Program-made: the position numbers and the translations under genes
Shown: positions 38,500 to 51,619 of the stretch, in pieces
How the letters are laid out: each line of letters opens with the position of its first letter
How positions within the stretch are numbered: the first letter of the stretch is position 1
NCBI RefSeq assembly: GCF_006345805.1
Contig: NC_043002.1
Coordinates: forward strand, 27,652,001-27,716,000
Direction: 5' to 3'
DNA length: 64,000 bases
Source: Octopus sinensis
Taxonomy: Eukaryota
The notes under the pieces: model-generated
Seen by the model: only the letters and a program-made list of their open reading frames with translations
Told to the model about the DNA's origin: nothing
Database searches by the model: none

Positions 38500-38893
38500 A
38501 TATATATATATATATATTCAAATGTGAATAAGAAGCTACACGGGGGATGTAAGCAATATCCAAAACACATACACAAGATATGTTTTACTAGTGCGTCGGT
38601 AGGCTGCGATTGATTATAAACGTAAGAGAATATATTCTCATATGTTCGCCTAGTGTTAAAACAAACGAGATAACTCGCATCCAGTCCTATTCAGACATTC
38701 TACATGCAGGGAACAAAGAATTCTAATAGGTAATTTTTAAAAGGTAATTTCGTACATGATTATCCAACATGTAAAACTTTGTAATACCTGTTAACGAATG
38801 TAACATAATAATTTATACAAAAATTCATTTCCAACGTCCAGTTTTGTTATATATATATATATACCAAAGTGTACGTACACCGCTATATGTTTT

Positions 38894-39190
38894 ATATATA
38901 AAAAATACAAAGTGGGACAACAACAGAAAACATCCAGATAGATGATACAAAGAAAACAAGGACGGGTCATTCGGATTTTTCTTTCCTCAGTCGAGTTCCA
39001 GATTATCTTTACAATTTCGGAACAAGGCGAAATTGCAAAGATAATCTGGAACATGACTGAGGAAAGAAAACTCCGAATGACCCGCCTTTGTTTTCTTTGT
39101 ATCATCTATCTGGATGTGTTATTGTCCCTTTTTTGTATACCTGTCTGGATGTTTTGTGTTCTTGTCCCATTTTGTATTTTTTATATAATA
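38894..39190. repeat. Fold-back palindrome with hammerhead-like CTGAGGA...CGAAT motif in each arm
   Basis: Arms pair around loop GAACAAGG; the right arm has a ~36 bp internal duplication; flanked by TA-rich sequence. Confidence 0.85.
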
Positions 39191-40142
39191 TATATATATA
39201 TGTGTGTGTGTGCGTGTGTGTGTGTGTGTGTGTGTGCATATAGATACGTATATTTATATATACACATACATATATTCTTATCTATACATACACGTACATG
39301 AACATATATGTATACCTATATCAATATAAATTCAACATATACATATATATATATATATATGTATGTATGTATAAATGTATATGTATGTGCATATATATAT
39401 ATATGGTCACACACACTCATAAACACATACAAAGACACATACACACATACACAAACACATATATATGTCTATGTTTGGAGAGAAGAGCTAAATAGACAGT
39501 TTGCTTTTCATGATTTGTTTTTCATTTTAATTAATATTTCAATGTTATTAATAATAATAACGATGGAGCCGTAATAATTACAAACAAATGTAAATAGCAA
39601 TAACTTTGATAATTACAAATCTATTTGAAAATCCTCCGCCTGCTGCGAAATTAAATGATATGAAATGCCGCATGCTTAAAGATATGAGAGATGTTCTAAA
39701 CACAGATTATCCAGAACGATTAACTAAAAATAAAGGCAACATATTAAAATCATACTGATTTCAAATGGCCACCAATTAGTGATAAATCAATAAGCAGTAT
39801 TATTTTTAAAACCAAAGAATTATCGCCGTTCTAGTTACTCAACATTTCTCATACCGTACAATATATTACTGGAAATTCTTAATATTCCGTGCTTCTAAAC
39901 CGTCTATAAATGTCTAAGTATGAGAAACGTTTATGTTATATGTGACATTCTATGTAACAGCACATTTATGTGTTGATGTATCTATACATTCACCTACTTA
40001 TACACACACATTCACACATTCAAACACACCCACACACGCACACACATTCACACCCGTACACCCAGAAAGGTTGAGAGGCGTGTATGGAAATGTATATAAA
40101 TATGTGTGTGTTTGAACCTTAGTCTAATATCAAGCTTTGTGA

Positions 40143-40460
40143 GGGCGCGTGGCTTAGTGGTTAGGGCATTCGGCTCATGATCGTAAGGTTGTGAGTTCGA
40201 TTCCCGGCGACGCGTTGTGTCTTTGAGCAAGACACTTTATTTCACGTTGCTCCAGTCCACTCAGCTGGCAAAAATGAGTTGTACTTGTATTTCAAAGGGT
40301 CAGCCTTGTCACTCTCTGTGTCACGCTGATTATCCCCGAGAACTACGTTAAGGGTACACGTGTCTGTGGAATGCTCAGCCATTTGCACGTTAATTTCACG
40401 AGCAAGCTGTTCCGTTGATCGTATCAGCTGGGACCCTCGTCGTCGTAACCGGCGGAGTCT
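40143..40460 (+). mobile_element. tRNA-derived SINE family C
   Basis: GGCGCGTGGCTTAGTGGTTAGGGCATTCGGCTCATGATCGTAAGGTTGTGAGTTCGATTCCC head. Confidence 0.9.
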
Positions 40461-40535
40461 TTAAAATATCAAGCTTTACGTGTGATGCGAATTTAAGTAA
40501 GAGCTGTGGAATATTAGTTTAATCCTCTCCTCTAG

Positions 40536-40665
40536 ATGTATCTTCTTACGGCGGCTTGGGGAACACTTTCGCTTTGCAATCGTGTAAGTTTCTTTTAATA
40601 CTCATAAGCAGCATCTTGGCATGTGTGTTTTTTCCTAGACTACGATAATTTTTGACCAGAATTCG
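40536..40665 (+). CDS. Two candidate micro-exons (40536-40583 and 40639-40665)
   Basis: CTCTAG|MYLLTAAWGTLSLCNR|GTAAGT and TCCTAG|TTIIFDQNS|GTAAGC, both phase 0; the intron is only 55 nt. Confidence 0.28.
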
Positions 40666-41278
40666 GTAAGCGGGAACTTTGTTATAGCACTAGAATGATT
40701 TATCCATGACAATACATTTATCAGAAGACTTTGCCTGTTTTCTTTCTTCTATTTGAAAATGAGAATTTTTTCTCGAAATATTATAAGATCATTACACAAC
40801 ATATATAAAGTAATAATTATATTTTTTCTTTGTTTTCGTTCATTGACATCACATTATATTTATTGCATAAATCCTCACATGCATTGCTCAAAGATGTTTT
40901 TTTCAAACGTTTATTTCATAAGCATTTAAGTTTGTATGTGTACATAAGAATATTATGTGTATGTGATTGCGTTTGTATCTGTTTCTTGTGTTTGCTTTTC
41001 CTGTCATGTGCCTTTAGGACCAACGATTGAAATGTTCAACATATACTTCGATAAAATATACACTGTGGTCAATGAAATCGATAAAATCCTTTGAAGGTAG
41101 TGCTTCTGGATATCTGCAGTATAAAAACACAAATTACTACAAGAATAAACTTTTATGGGGTCAACTTTGCATTTCATCATTTCGGGGTCGATAAAACAAG
41201 TATCACTTGAGGACTGGGGTCGATGTATTCGACTAGCCCCTCCCCCAAAAGTTTAGGCTTTGTGCCAATAGTCAACAG

Positions 41279-41347
<69 letters not shown>

Positions 41348-41350
<3 letters not shown>

Positions 41351-41833
41351 TAGTTTTATTTTTATAGTATGCTTTCACTTCACTACCGAGCGCAGCTCTG
41401 TGTGCCTTAGGTATGTGCTGTGATTTGTTGTCATGCTCTGATGGTTATTGTATGGAAAGTGTTCTGCGTAGGATGTGTGCAGTGCCTAGTAGTGCAATTT
41501 TCTGTATGTTATATGTGTTTGTGAGTCCTGGTGTTTTTGTTATGTATTTGTCTGAATATTTTTTTATCATGCCTAATGCACCTACTATGATAGGAATTGT
41601 TTCTGTTTTTAGATTCCACATTCTGGTTACCTCTATTTCCAGGTCTTTGTATTTTGAAAGTTTCTCCATTTCTTTTAGAGACACGTTGTCATCTGCCGGT
41701 ATTGATACATCAATTAGAAAGCATTTTTTCTTCATGATCTCTGACAACTATATCTGGTCTGTTGGCCTTAATTTCTCTATCTGTGTGTATCGGCATATCC
41801 CAGAGTATGGTTGCTTTCTCGTTTTCTGTGACC
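41348..41833 (-). mobile_element. R4/Dong-like LINE 3' end (RLE domain) inserted in (TAA)n
   Basis: ILWDMPIHTDREIKANRPDIVV / CFLIDVSIPADDNVSLKEMEKLSKYKDL...IVGALG; (ATT)n directly on both sides. Confidence 0.92.
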
Positions 41834-41883
<50 letters not shown>

Positions 41884-41886
41884 TTA

Positions 41887-41917
<31 letters not shown>

Positions 41918-41922
41918 TAAAG

Positions 41923-42128
41923 TGGTGAGCTGCCAGAATCGTTAGCATGCTGGGCAAAATGCTTAACGGCATTTCGTCCTTCTTTACGTACTGGGTTCAA
42001 ATTCTGCCGGGGTCGACTTTGCTTTTCATCCATTCTGGGTCGATAAAACAAGTACCAGTTGAGTGCTGGAGGCGATGATATTGACTTATACCCTCTCCCG
42101 TAATTGCTAGCATGTGTCAAAACTTGAA

Positions 42129-42130
<2 letters not shown>
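41923..42130 (+). mobile_element. SINE family B2 flanked by (ATT)n
   Basis: GTGGTGAGCTGCCAGAATCGTTAGC...CTTGAAATT(ATT)n; further copies near 22000, 41150, 43797, 51135, 56081(-) and 57300(-). Confidence 0.85.
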
Positions 42131-42179
<49 letters not shown>

Positions 42180-42195
42180 ATTATTATCATTATTA

Positions 42196-42265
<70 letters not shown>

Positions 42266-42296
42266 ATTATTATCATTATTATCATTATTATTATTA

Positions 42297-42350
<54 letters not shown>

Positions 42351-42351
<1 letters not shown>

Positions 42352-43078
42352 TCCTTCTTCCTTCAAATTTTCTTCCGTTTCTTGCCGAGTGTTTTCCGTA
42401 CACCTAGGACAGAGAAGCCCATTGTATGCATTCCCAGATTACACACGCGAATTCACAGGTAAAATATGTATTTAAAAAATTAATTAATAAATTTATGAAC
42501 GGATGTTGTTTTCACAGCGATAATGCTCTTCTCAGTACATGAGCCGTTCCAATTAACACGATTATTGCACTTCCTGTAGAGATGGTAAGCCTCGTATCAT
42601 TTTCAAATAGGTTTCAGTACCTTTTTTTTATTATCATTCCTACAGATCCTACAATCACTGGTACTGTAGTCACCTTGAGATACCACCTTTTTTTCAGTTT
42701 CTATCAGCAAGTCTTTATATTTACTGATCTTGTCAAATTCTATCGCCGCTATATTGTGATCACAAGGAATACTCAATTAATAAATACACCTTTTTTGCCT
42801 GATCTTTTATAATAATATCCGGTTTATTAGCTTTTATAGTTTTGTCGGTATGTACGGGGAAATCCCATAGAATCGACACATTTTCTCCCTCAGCCACAGC
42901 TTCAGGGTGGTGTTTATACCATTTGTCAGCAGTTTTGATTTTATAATGCCGACATATTGTCCAGTATAAATACTGACCGACTCTGTCATGTCTTGCTTTA
43001 TATTCTACAGGTGCTAGGACTCTACACCCTGAGATTAGGTGGTCTATAGTTTCAATCTCATCGTTACAGAAGCGGCAT

Positions 43079-43080
<2 letters not shown>
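42351..43080 (-). mobile_element. R4/Dong-like LINE 3' fragment inserted in (TAA)n
   Basis: CRFCNDEIETIDHLISGC knuckle, RHDRVGQY, ILWDFPVHTDKTIKANKPDIII; (ATT)n on both sides. Confidence 0.9.
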
Positions 43081-43137
<57 letters not shown>

Positions 43138-43687
43138 GAGTGAGAGAGCAGTTCATGCCATCAAAGTGACACTGGGGTAAAATATACGAAGCCCAATATA
43201 CCCATCATGACTACCCGTCTGATAAAGGTACACCAGGCACATGCATCACAACCATATGTGCGCGACATGGTGATCTTATATCAAGATAAACAGCACATGA
43301 CCTTGCAGGTGGGGCCCAGTTAGAATTTTCTTCAGGTTGAGTAGCCCATCCCGCTCAAACGGTCCCTGAATAAGGGTTGTTTAAGGATGTTGAAAGAACC
43401 ACCCATGTTTCCAGAGATGAACTATTCAAACCCCAAAGAATCCCTCTCAACACATGGCTATGATGCTCCCCCACTACTTCTGCTCGTGATCAGAGATGCA
43501 CATATCGTCAGCCACTAAGGGACATGCTCAACTGGTTAAGGTCAAACAACTGACAAGCAAATCTGTGGTATTGAGCAGAATATTTGCTGTAGCCCATCTT
43601 TTATACCAAGACAAAACAATGTACATGATAACACTTCCAATCAGTTAAGATCAGAAGCCATGAGAGCCACTGCCTGGTACTGCATCA
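43138..43687 (-). mobile_element. ~550 bp non-coding interspersed element in (TAA)n (SINE-like)
   Basis: Near-identical copy at 48887-49437; bounded by (ATT)n; no substantial ORF; orientation inferred from the (AAT)n tail. Confidence 0.8.
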
Positions 43688-43696
43688 TCATCATCA

Positions 43697-43746
<50 letters not shown>

Positions 43747-45539
43747 TATTATTATTATTATATTATTATTATTATTATATTATTATTATTATTATTAAGG
43801 TGGTGAGCTGGCAGAATCGTTAGCAAGCCGGCCAACCAAAATACTTAACGGCATTTCGTTCATCTTTACGTTCTGAGTTCAAATTCCGCCGGGGTAGACT
43901 TTACCTTTCGACTTTTAGGGAGTTGACAAAATACGTACCAGTTGAGCACTCGATTCTATGTAATCGACTAATGCCATCCCTCCAAATTTTAGACCCTGTG
44001 CTTGTAGTAGGAAAGAATATCCTCATCATTTGAAGTAGAAACATTTGCAGCATCAGCTTTTGTTATTAAATTTTTACATAATAGGATGTGCTTGCTCAAC
44101 AGTCTCGTTCCTAGATTTCTTTTCATGAATATTTTTTTTAATATTTGTTGTCTCTTTGTCAAAATTGGATTACTTTTTATGCGTTAATTCGTTCGGATTA
44201 CCTCAAAGAATAGCAAGCAATATTTTTTATTAATTATTTGAACACTATTTTGTTCGCTGACATTTAACACAAAACGTCTGCAAAAGACGCCTTCCCCGAC
44301 ATAATCCTTGACAGATGTACAGAAAAAATAAAAACAAATAAAGAAGAAAATGGTCAAAATATTGGAGAACAAAAAACAAAGATTTTGAAAAAGAAAGAAA
44401 TAATGATGAATTTGTGTTTTTTTATACGAATAAAACAAATTTTGACAGTTCGTTTAACAGTAACAACAGCAACGACAACTACTTTACGTCACTTTACACA
44501 CACAACCTCACAAGTGTTGCATCCCTTAAAAAAAGTTTGGCAAGGGTGTGTCGCAAGGGAGTTTCTCTTCTTGCTCAAGAATTTTGTCTGAGAGCTTGCC
44601 AAGAAAGAGAAAGCTAATATTTCTCTGACTCGCGAAAGGTGATAAGTATGGAATTAAGAAGGAATTTAGTGGAGGAAGTTAGGGTCAGCGTGGATTTGAA
44701 TGTGTTTAATCCTGGCAAGACCATAGGATTATTCTAAAACTATACTTCAACATGGGCGCAGAAATACAATCAATGAAATCATTGGTGTAAGATAGAAATT
44801 CAACTAGTACACTTGGTGTAGAAAAAAGTCATTTGAGAAGAGTTTCAGAAATAGAGGAAGATCGAGAGTAGGAAACAACGAAGCAGATTCGTGAGCAGAT
44901 GGGTTTCAATTACGGGAGACAGCAAAAACCTAATTTTTATGAACATCGTACAACAATGCTATAAAAATGTTTTTCATCAGCAAACATGCTGTGATCACCC
45001 ATTTCTAATGTTTTATTTTTTATGTATGAATTAACCCTTTTGGCTAATAAATAATTTGCAGAAATGTAAGAGTTCTTGAAGTTCTGAGTTCAAATTCTTC
45101 TGAAGTTAACTTTCACTTTTATCCTTCCTGATCAGTGGGTGAATATGATCTCCGTTTAAAGACCATAGCTTTCCGTTCTCTCTTTAGACGTCTGGCATCT
45201 GGAATATCCTTGGTCATACCAGATACCATGCAATCACTTAGTAAATACCATAGCTAGAAGTTCCACATTAGCAATACAGAGAGTATCACAGTATTATTTC
45301 CACAGAGAAGCGAAGAAGTCTTCTCGCAAACTCTGAACGTCGATGCGTACGAACGCTTTCACATATACCAAAAGCTTTCGGGACAGAGAATATTATGGAT
45401 ACTTTCCAGGAATTCTTAGACTAGTAGTACTAACGAGTGGCACTAGCAATTCGAGATAAACTCATCAGAAACAGAAATGTCATCAGGCAGCAACACCTGA
45501 GAAGCACACAGAGTGACGAAGCCGATATACTTACCCTAG

Positions 45540-48530
45540 TTCTGTGTTAGGGTATTGCTGGCTTGTGGATTTATCACGAATAACTGCTTCAAGAACCCTG
45601 CGAAGAATTCTTGCAGTTCCAGGTAATGCTGACTTTTGTAGGAGTTCTACCCATCTTTTTGAGCCATGTCGGTAGTTGAGTGCTGATACTTCTAAGTGTG
45701 CCAATTACTATTGGTATCATGTCTACTCTCTTCGTTGATCACAACCTTCGTATTTCCTATTTCAAATCGTCATAGTTGTTCAGTTTGTCCTCTTTTCCTT
45801 TGACCCTATTGTCACCGGTACATGCTATGTCGATTATTATGCATGTTCTTCCTTTCTTATTCACCACAACAATGTCTGGTTTCCGAGGTCCGGATAGGTG
45901 ATCGGGCTGGATCATTGTTTTTCCACAGGATTTAGCAATTTTCATTCTCGGTGACTTTTTCTGGGGTTCTCTCATACCACGGTTTTGCTCTTTGTAGGTC
46001 GTGATTTCCACAGAGCTCCCAATAGATCATTCTTGTCACATTGCCATTTCATCTTTTGTATTCTTGTTGTGCCAGTTTCGGGCATTCGCTAACGATGTGA
46101 CATATCGAATCCCTCGTCTCTCCGTATTTGTCGCTGTCGGTAGTGTTTTCTATTCTTCACTTCACATAGTTAGACCTTAACGCTTGTTCTTGAGCTGTGC
46201 ATATGTGTGCTTCTGTCTCTATCTTCAGGTCACTCTTCCTCATCCATAGCCACCGGTATTCTGTATCTGTCTTGGCATTCGTATCTCTTGCAAACTGACT
46301 GTACATTTTTTTATCCTTCCATGCTGATTCTATTTTTGTGTGTGTTCTTTTCCTCTTTAAGTTTTTTTCGCAATTATCAATTCTAATGATGCCGGACTTC
46401 ATCACATGTTTCAACTATGGTTCCCCGGTATTTTTTACATACCACCCTAAGCTGTTTTCCACTATTTGGATACAGTCTTGTCAACTGATCAAATCTCTCG
46501 CACCCTTTCCTCTGGACAAGTACAGCCTATCGCTGTCACTCTTTGTCAAAATTTTTATTGTTTTCGTATCCATGTTCATTAGTTCTTTCTTTTGCCATTT
46601 TATGAACCCAGCACCGTACCGAATTGATGCTATCGCCCATGTATTAACTGATTGGATTTTGTTCCATCCGGTCAATTTTGAGCGCAACACCAATCTTAGT
46701 CTTCGGAAATATTCAATCGTCAGTTGTTATTTCAATTCCTTCTCCATAATTTGGACGAGCTCTAGTATGCCAAGATACTTGCAGCCTTCATTTTCAATTG
46801 GCTTAATTATTTCTCTATTAAGTAATTCTATCCCTGCTGGGGACTGTATCTTACCTTTTTTTAGTACATTATACCACTTCTTGAGTCCGAATTCTATTCT
46901 TAGATCAGCACTAAAACAGTGGACCGTGTTCACCAAAGAACTCACTTTTGCCTCATCCTTGCCATACTGCTTCCAACCATCCATGAAGAGTGGGTGGTTG
47001 ATTGTTTGAGATTTTCTCTTTAGCTGATATCTCAGGTTCATTTTCCTAAGTACCAAGGTCAGAGGGATAATGCAGAGAACAAAAAGCAACGGAGATAAGA
47101 TATCACCTTGGAAAATCCCTCTTTTGATGCCCTGGGCGCCCAAGCTTTTTCCGTAGGATGTCATTTCAGTTTTCCACACCACCATACTTCTCTTCAGAAA
47201 ACACGTTCCATTCCTCTCAATTCCAAACAAATCTAAGTACTCAATGACCACAAATGCGGAATTATATCATAAGCTTTGCGATAGTTAATCCCGGCCATTC
47301 CCAAATTTGTGCTCCTTCGTTTACAATGTTGCATTACAATTTTGTCAATAAATAAATGGCCTTTGATACCTCTGCATCTCCTCTTACAACTTTCTGTTCC
47401 GTCGGTAACATATCGTTCTCATCAAAAAATTTATACAGTTCTTCCGCAATTCCTCGTAACAGTAACTTCCACATTAACGGGAGTCAAGAAACCGGCATGT
47501 AATTGTTGGCAGTATTTCTTTTTGATGCATCCTTCAAACACAACACCGTTTGTCGTTTCGTCAACCAACCCGGGATTACTTCTTCTCCATCGACCAATGC
47601 ATTAAATTGCTCTACGACAAATTTATAGTACCTGTTGAACTTTTTATTCAAAATCCTTGTAAACCATCAGGTTCTGCTGCTTTCCAATTTTTTACCTTTT
47701 TACTCATATTTCTGATACTGTTCTTCGTGAAGTGGATATCCTCTTGCTGGGGATAAGGCGCTGTTTGCTTCAGGCTTCAGAGCCATTCAGCTGCAGTATT
47801 ATGTTGGTCTTGCTTACTCCATATATTACCCCAGAACAGTTGACTTTCATCAGCATCAGGAACGAATCTTTCACGTTCTATATCATCATTAATTTCTTGA
47901 TATGACCTTTTTTTTTCAGTTCTACTCACTTGTTTTTGCCGGTATTGTTTAATCCGTTGTTCAAACCTAGTTAACTTTGCTTTTGGTTTTTGGCAAGTAT
48001 GCGCTGCTTCAGTTCTTCAATTACAACATTCAGACCTTTTGTATCTACACCATACCACTTCCTCACTTCTTCAAATCTGTGATCATTCTTCAATTCTCCT
48101 AGTCTTTTCCTGACATGTATTGACACAACACTGTTCCGGAACTTTATATCTACTGAAATTCTCTTTTTCTACCAAGGTTGTTTATTTCCTCTACTATCCA
48201 TCGATGTTCTCTTCTCAGTAGTTTTCAATCCCATCCTTTGGGCCACAAACCTACATGCAGTCTTGATGACATTATTTGTTTCTGTGATGTTCTTTGTTTC
48301 AATGTGTCTCAATACATTATTGACTTTACTTGTCTCTTGACTTAGTCTCCATTGGTTAGCCTTCTTAAAGTCGCACATAAATTCTGTCTCTTCTGTGTTT
48401 AATAGATCCAAATCCTGTTTATTATTAGTTGGCATTCATTGTTTAAATAGTCACTCATCTCGATTCTTTCGTGATTCACGGCAGTAAGTTCTTGTGAACA
48501 ATGTCCATCTCTTCCACTATACCACTATAC

Positions 48531-48531
<1 letters not shown>
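45540..48531 (-). pseudogene. R4/Dong-like LINE (RT + RLE), 5'-truncated and decayed
   Basis: IKRGIFQGDILSPLLFVLC, HPLFMDG (FMDD mutated), RKSDLKIETEA, RKPDIVVVNKK..CIIIDIAC; (ATT)n at the 5' junction. Confidence 0.92.
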
Positions 48532-48588
<57 letters not shown>

Positions 48589-48783
48589 ATAATTATATTA
48601 TTATTATTATTATTATTATTATTAAAAATAAGAAGTGATAAAAATTCAGATAAAATTATTTTGAACTTGACAAAGACAGACATAGTGTTGAAATATCGTT
48701 CAATAAAATATCTTACAATCGAATCGCGCTCTTCGTCTTGACTGTTTGCCTTTGTGAAGAGTTACGTCAATCCTTTTTTAAAA

Positions 48784-48829
<46 letters not shown>

Positions 48830-48886
48830 GTTGTTGTTGTTGTTGTTGTTGTTGTTATTATTATTATCATTATTATTATTATTATT

Positions 48887-49437
48887 GAGTGAGAGAGCAG
48901 TTCATGCCATCAAAGTGACACTGGGGTAAAATATACGAAGCCCAATATACCCATCATGACTACCCGTCTGATAAGGGTACACCAGGCACATGCATCACAA
49001 CCATATGTGCGCGACATGGTGATCTCATATCAAGATAAACAGCACATGACCTTGCAGGTGGGGCCCAGTTAGAATTTTCTTCAGGTTGAGTAGCCCATCC
49101 CGCTCAAAAGGTCCCTGAATAAGGGTTGTTTAAGGATGTTGAAAGAACCACCCATGTTTCCAGAGGTGAATTATTCAAACCCCAAAGAATCCCTCTCAAC
49201 ACATGGCTATGATGCTCCCCCACTGCTTCTGCTCATGATCAGAGATGCACATATCGTCAGCCACTAAGGGACATGTTCAACTGGTTAAGGTCAAACAACT
49301 GACAAGCAAATCTGTGGTATTGAGCGGAATATTTGCTGTAGCCCATTTTTTATACCAAGACAAAACAATGTACATGATAACACTTCCAATCAGTTAAGAT
49401 CAGAAGCCATGAGAGCCACTGCCTGGTACTGCATCAG
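48887..49437 (-). mobile_element. Second full copy of the ~550 bp element
   Basis: Aligns end to end with 43138-43687. Confidence 0.85.
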
Positions 49438-51382
49438 TATTATTATTATTATTATTAATCAACATTTGGTAGTTTCAGGCAAATTTCTACTGCATCACCT
49501 GCTACACATCTGTGTTGCTGGGCTGCGTGCAGCATTGTATGTTTTTTATTATTAACAGTAGTATCGTTGTTGTTATTGTTGTTGCTGTTATGCTTGCTGA
49601 TACTATAATTGCTCAATAGTTTTATCGCTATTGCATGTTTTGCTTACATTACCAAGCGTAGTTCTCAGCGCGCTTAGAATGTGTGATATATTATTATGGT
49701 TCTGTTGTTTCTGTCGTACTAAAAGTACTTCATGTAATCGGCATACAATGCTTAGTACTTCTATTTTCTTTATACCGTTCATACTCGTAAATCCTGGACA
49801 TAGCAGGATGTACTTGCATATTTTCTCCTGACATTCACAAGGATACAAATCTAATGTCGGCAGTCGAGGAATTCTCTGCCGGGAATGCCGCTGCTATCGA
49901 GTATATGTCATTGAAAAGACCCAAAAAGGTCGAAATGTATCTTGCATTGACATTCGCCAATGTTAGAGCGATTTTTCATCTCTATCTGATATTCATTGTG
50001 TTTTCAACATAGAAGCTCTATAAGAAGTTTTTTTTTATCTCGGGAGAAATACCACTGTAACCAGCCCACCAACTGTGTATATACATTAAATGTGATATAC
50101 AAATTGATATATATGTGTGTGCGTGTATGTGTATATACGTATGTATGCACATTTCTATGTGTGTGAGTATGCGTGTATGTGTATATACGTATGTATGCAC
50201 ATTTTTATATGTGTGCGCGCGTACGTGCGCATGTACGCATGCTTGTGTGCGTGCGTATGTGTGTACATATATATGTAAGCACCTTTCCGTGTGTGTGTGG
50301 TGTGTGTGTGTGTGTGCATGCCTGTGTATGTGTGAATGCATGTGTGTATTCGTTTCAGTCTCTTCGTCAATCTGTGTGTCGAAAAATTTCGAAAACCATG
50401 GTATTTATATAAAACAAGTAATTTCATTATATCCCTTAACTTAGCTCTTCATCAAATTGAGTGGTTCAGCTCGATAAAAATTTTCAAATGTAACGGCTGG
50501 GGCGAACCCAGTAGTTAATATATTTTAATTGACCGCTGTCTAATATCAGGAATGACCCGCGTGTTATAAAAAGAAATTGAATATCAAACTGACGCAGCAA
50601 GTCATGTTCAATGTAAATGATAAACAATCCATTAGCGTGGCACAGCTTCGCCCGCTAATTGTATAATCATCATTGAGCAATAAAATCACTGCTTTTCAAA
50701 TGCTTCATACTGATATTGTCAAGTTATTAAAGTAATTGATGTGTATTAAATGCCCGAAACGCAGTGAAATGCTAATGGACATTTCCTGAAATTATTAACT
50801 CAACACGAAGGCCACACATGGAACATAAACTGTAAATTATTTTCATAATTATTTATATACTTAGAACTGGGAGTTGACAGCAACATCGAAACTCAATAAT
50901 TAGTATTGTTTATATTTTTCTATCATTTGTTTCTTTTCTTTTCTCTCCAATTTCGCAATTGTTTTCATTGAAATCAATTAAGATTCCCATTTGAAGAATG
51001 CTCCTGTAATATGCAGGCATCAATATATTGACTACTTACCATTTGTAAGACAAATGGGTGGCGTCCTTTAAAAGGCTTAATTACTTTTATAATATGCATT
51101 ATACTATGTGCATTATTATATCAGCAACATCCAAGGCGGTGAGATGGCAGAATGCAGAAATGCCGGGGGAAAGTCTTTACAGCCTTTCTTCCGACTCTCT
51201 ACATTCTGAGTTCATATTCCACTGAGACCAACTTTACCGTTCATCTCTACGGGGTCAATAAAATTAAGTACCACTCAAGTATTAAGATAATCGTATAGAC
51301 TATTTCCTTCCCCTCAAATTACTAGCGCTGTACCTACGTTAAAACGTATTATTGCTATTATTATCATCATTATTATTATTAT

Positions 51383-51426
<44 letters not shown>

Positions 51427-51427
<1 letters not shown>

Positions 51428-51540
51428 AATTTCCATTTCTTGCCGAGTGTCTTCCTGACACCAAGGGCAGAGAAACGTACTTTGGTAGGCCATTAAAACA
51501 AACACACCAGATTGTTCATTTACAGAGTCATGTGATATAG
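51427..51540 (-). mobile_element. R4/Dong-like 3' UTR tip
   Basis: TTTCTTGCCGAGTGTCTTCC...GGGCAGAGAA resembles 42375-42420; abuts (AGT)n/(ATT)n. Confidence 0.55.
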
Positions 51541-51619
51541 AAAAAAAGGGGAAGACAGAGAGAAAAGTAAAAAATAAAATAGTAAAGTAAATAAATAAAA
51601 TAAAGGGGGAAACAGAAAG

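Noticed and set aside
39610-39735. Short coding-looking frame FENPPPAAKLNDMKCRML...KSY*
   Set aside because: No convincing acceptor and no recognisable homology
45440-45495. Minus-strand CTGATGAGTTTATCTCGAAT
   Set aside because: GAAT instead of GAAA, no stems I or III, single copy
43138-49437. Two 550 bp direct repeats bracketing an RT-coding region, like LTRs
   Set aside because: The enclosed RT is a truncated non-LTR R4 type; SINEs and unique DNA also lie inside; no PBS/PPT or TG...CA ends; each repeat has its own (ATT)n flanks
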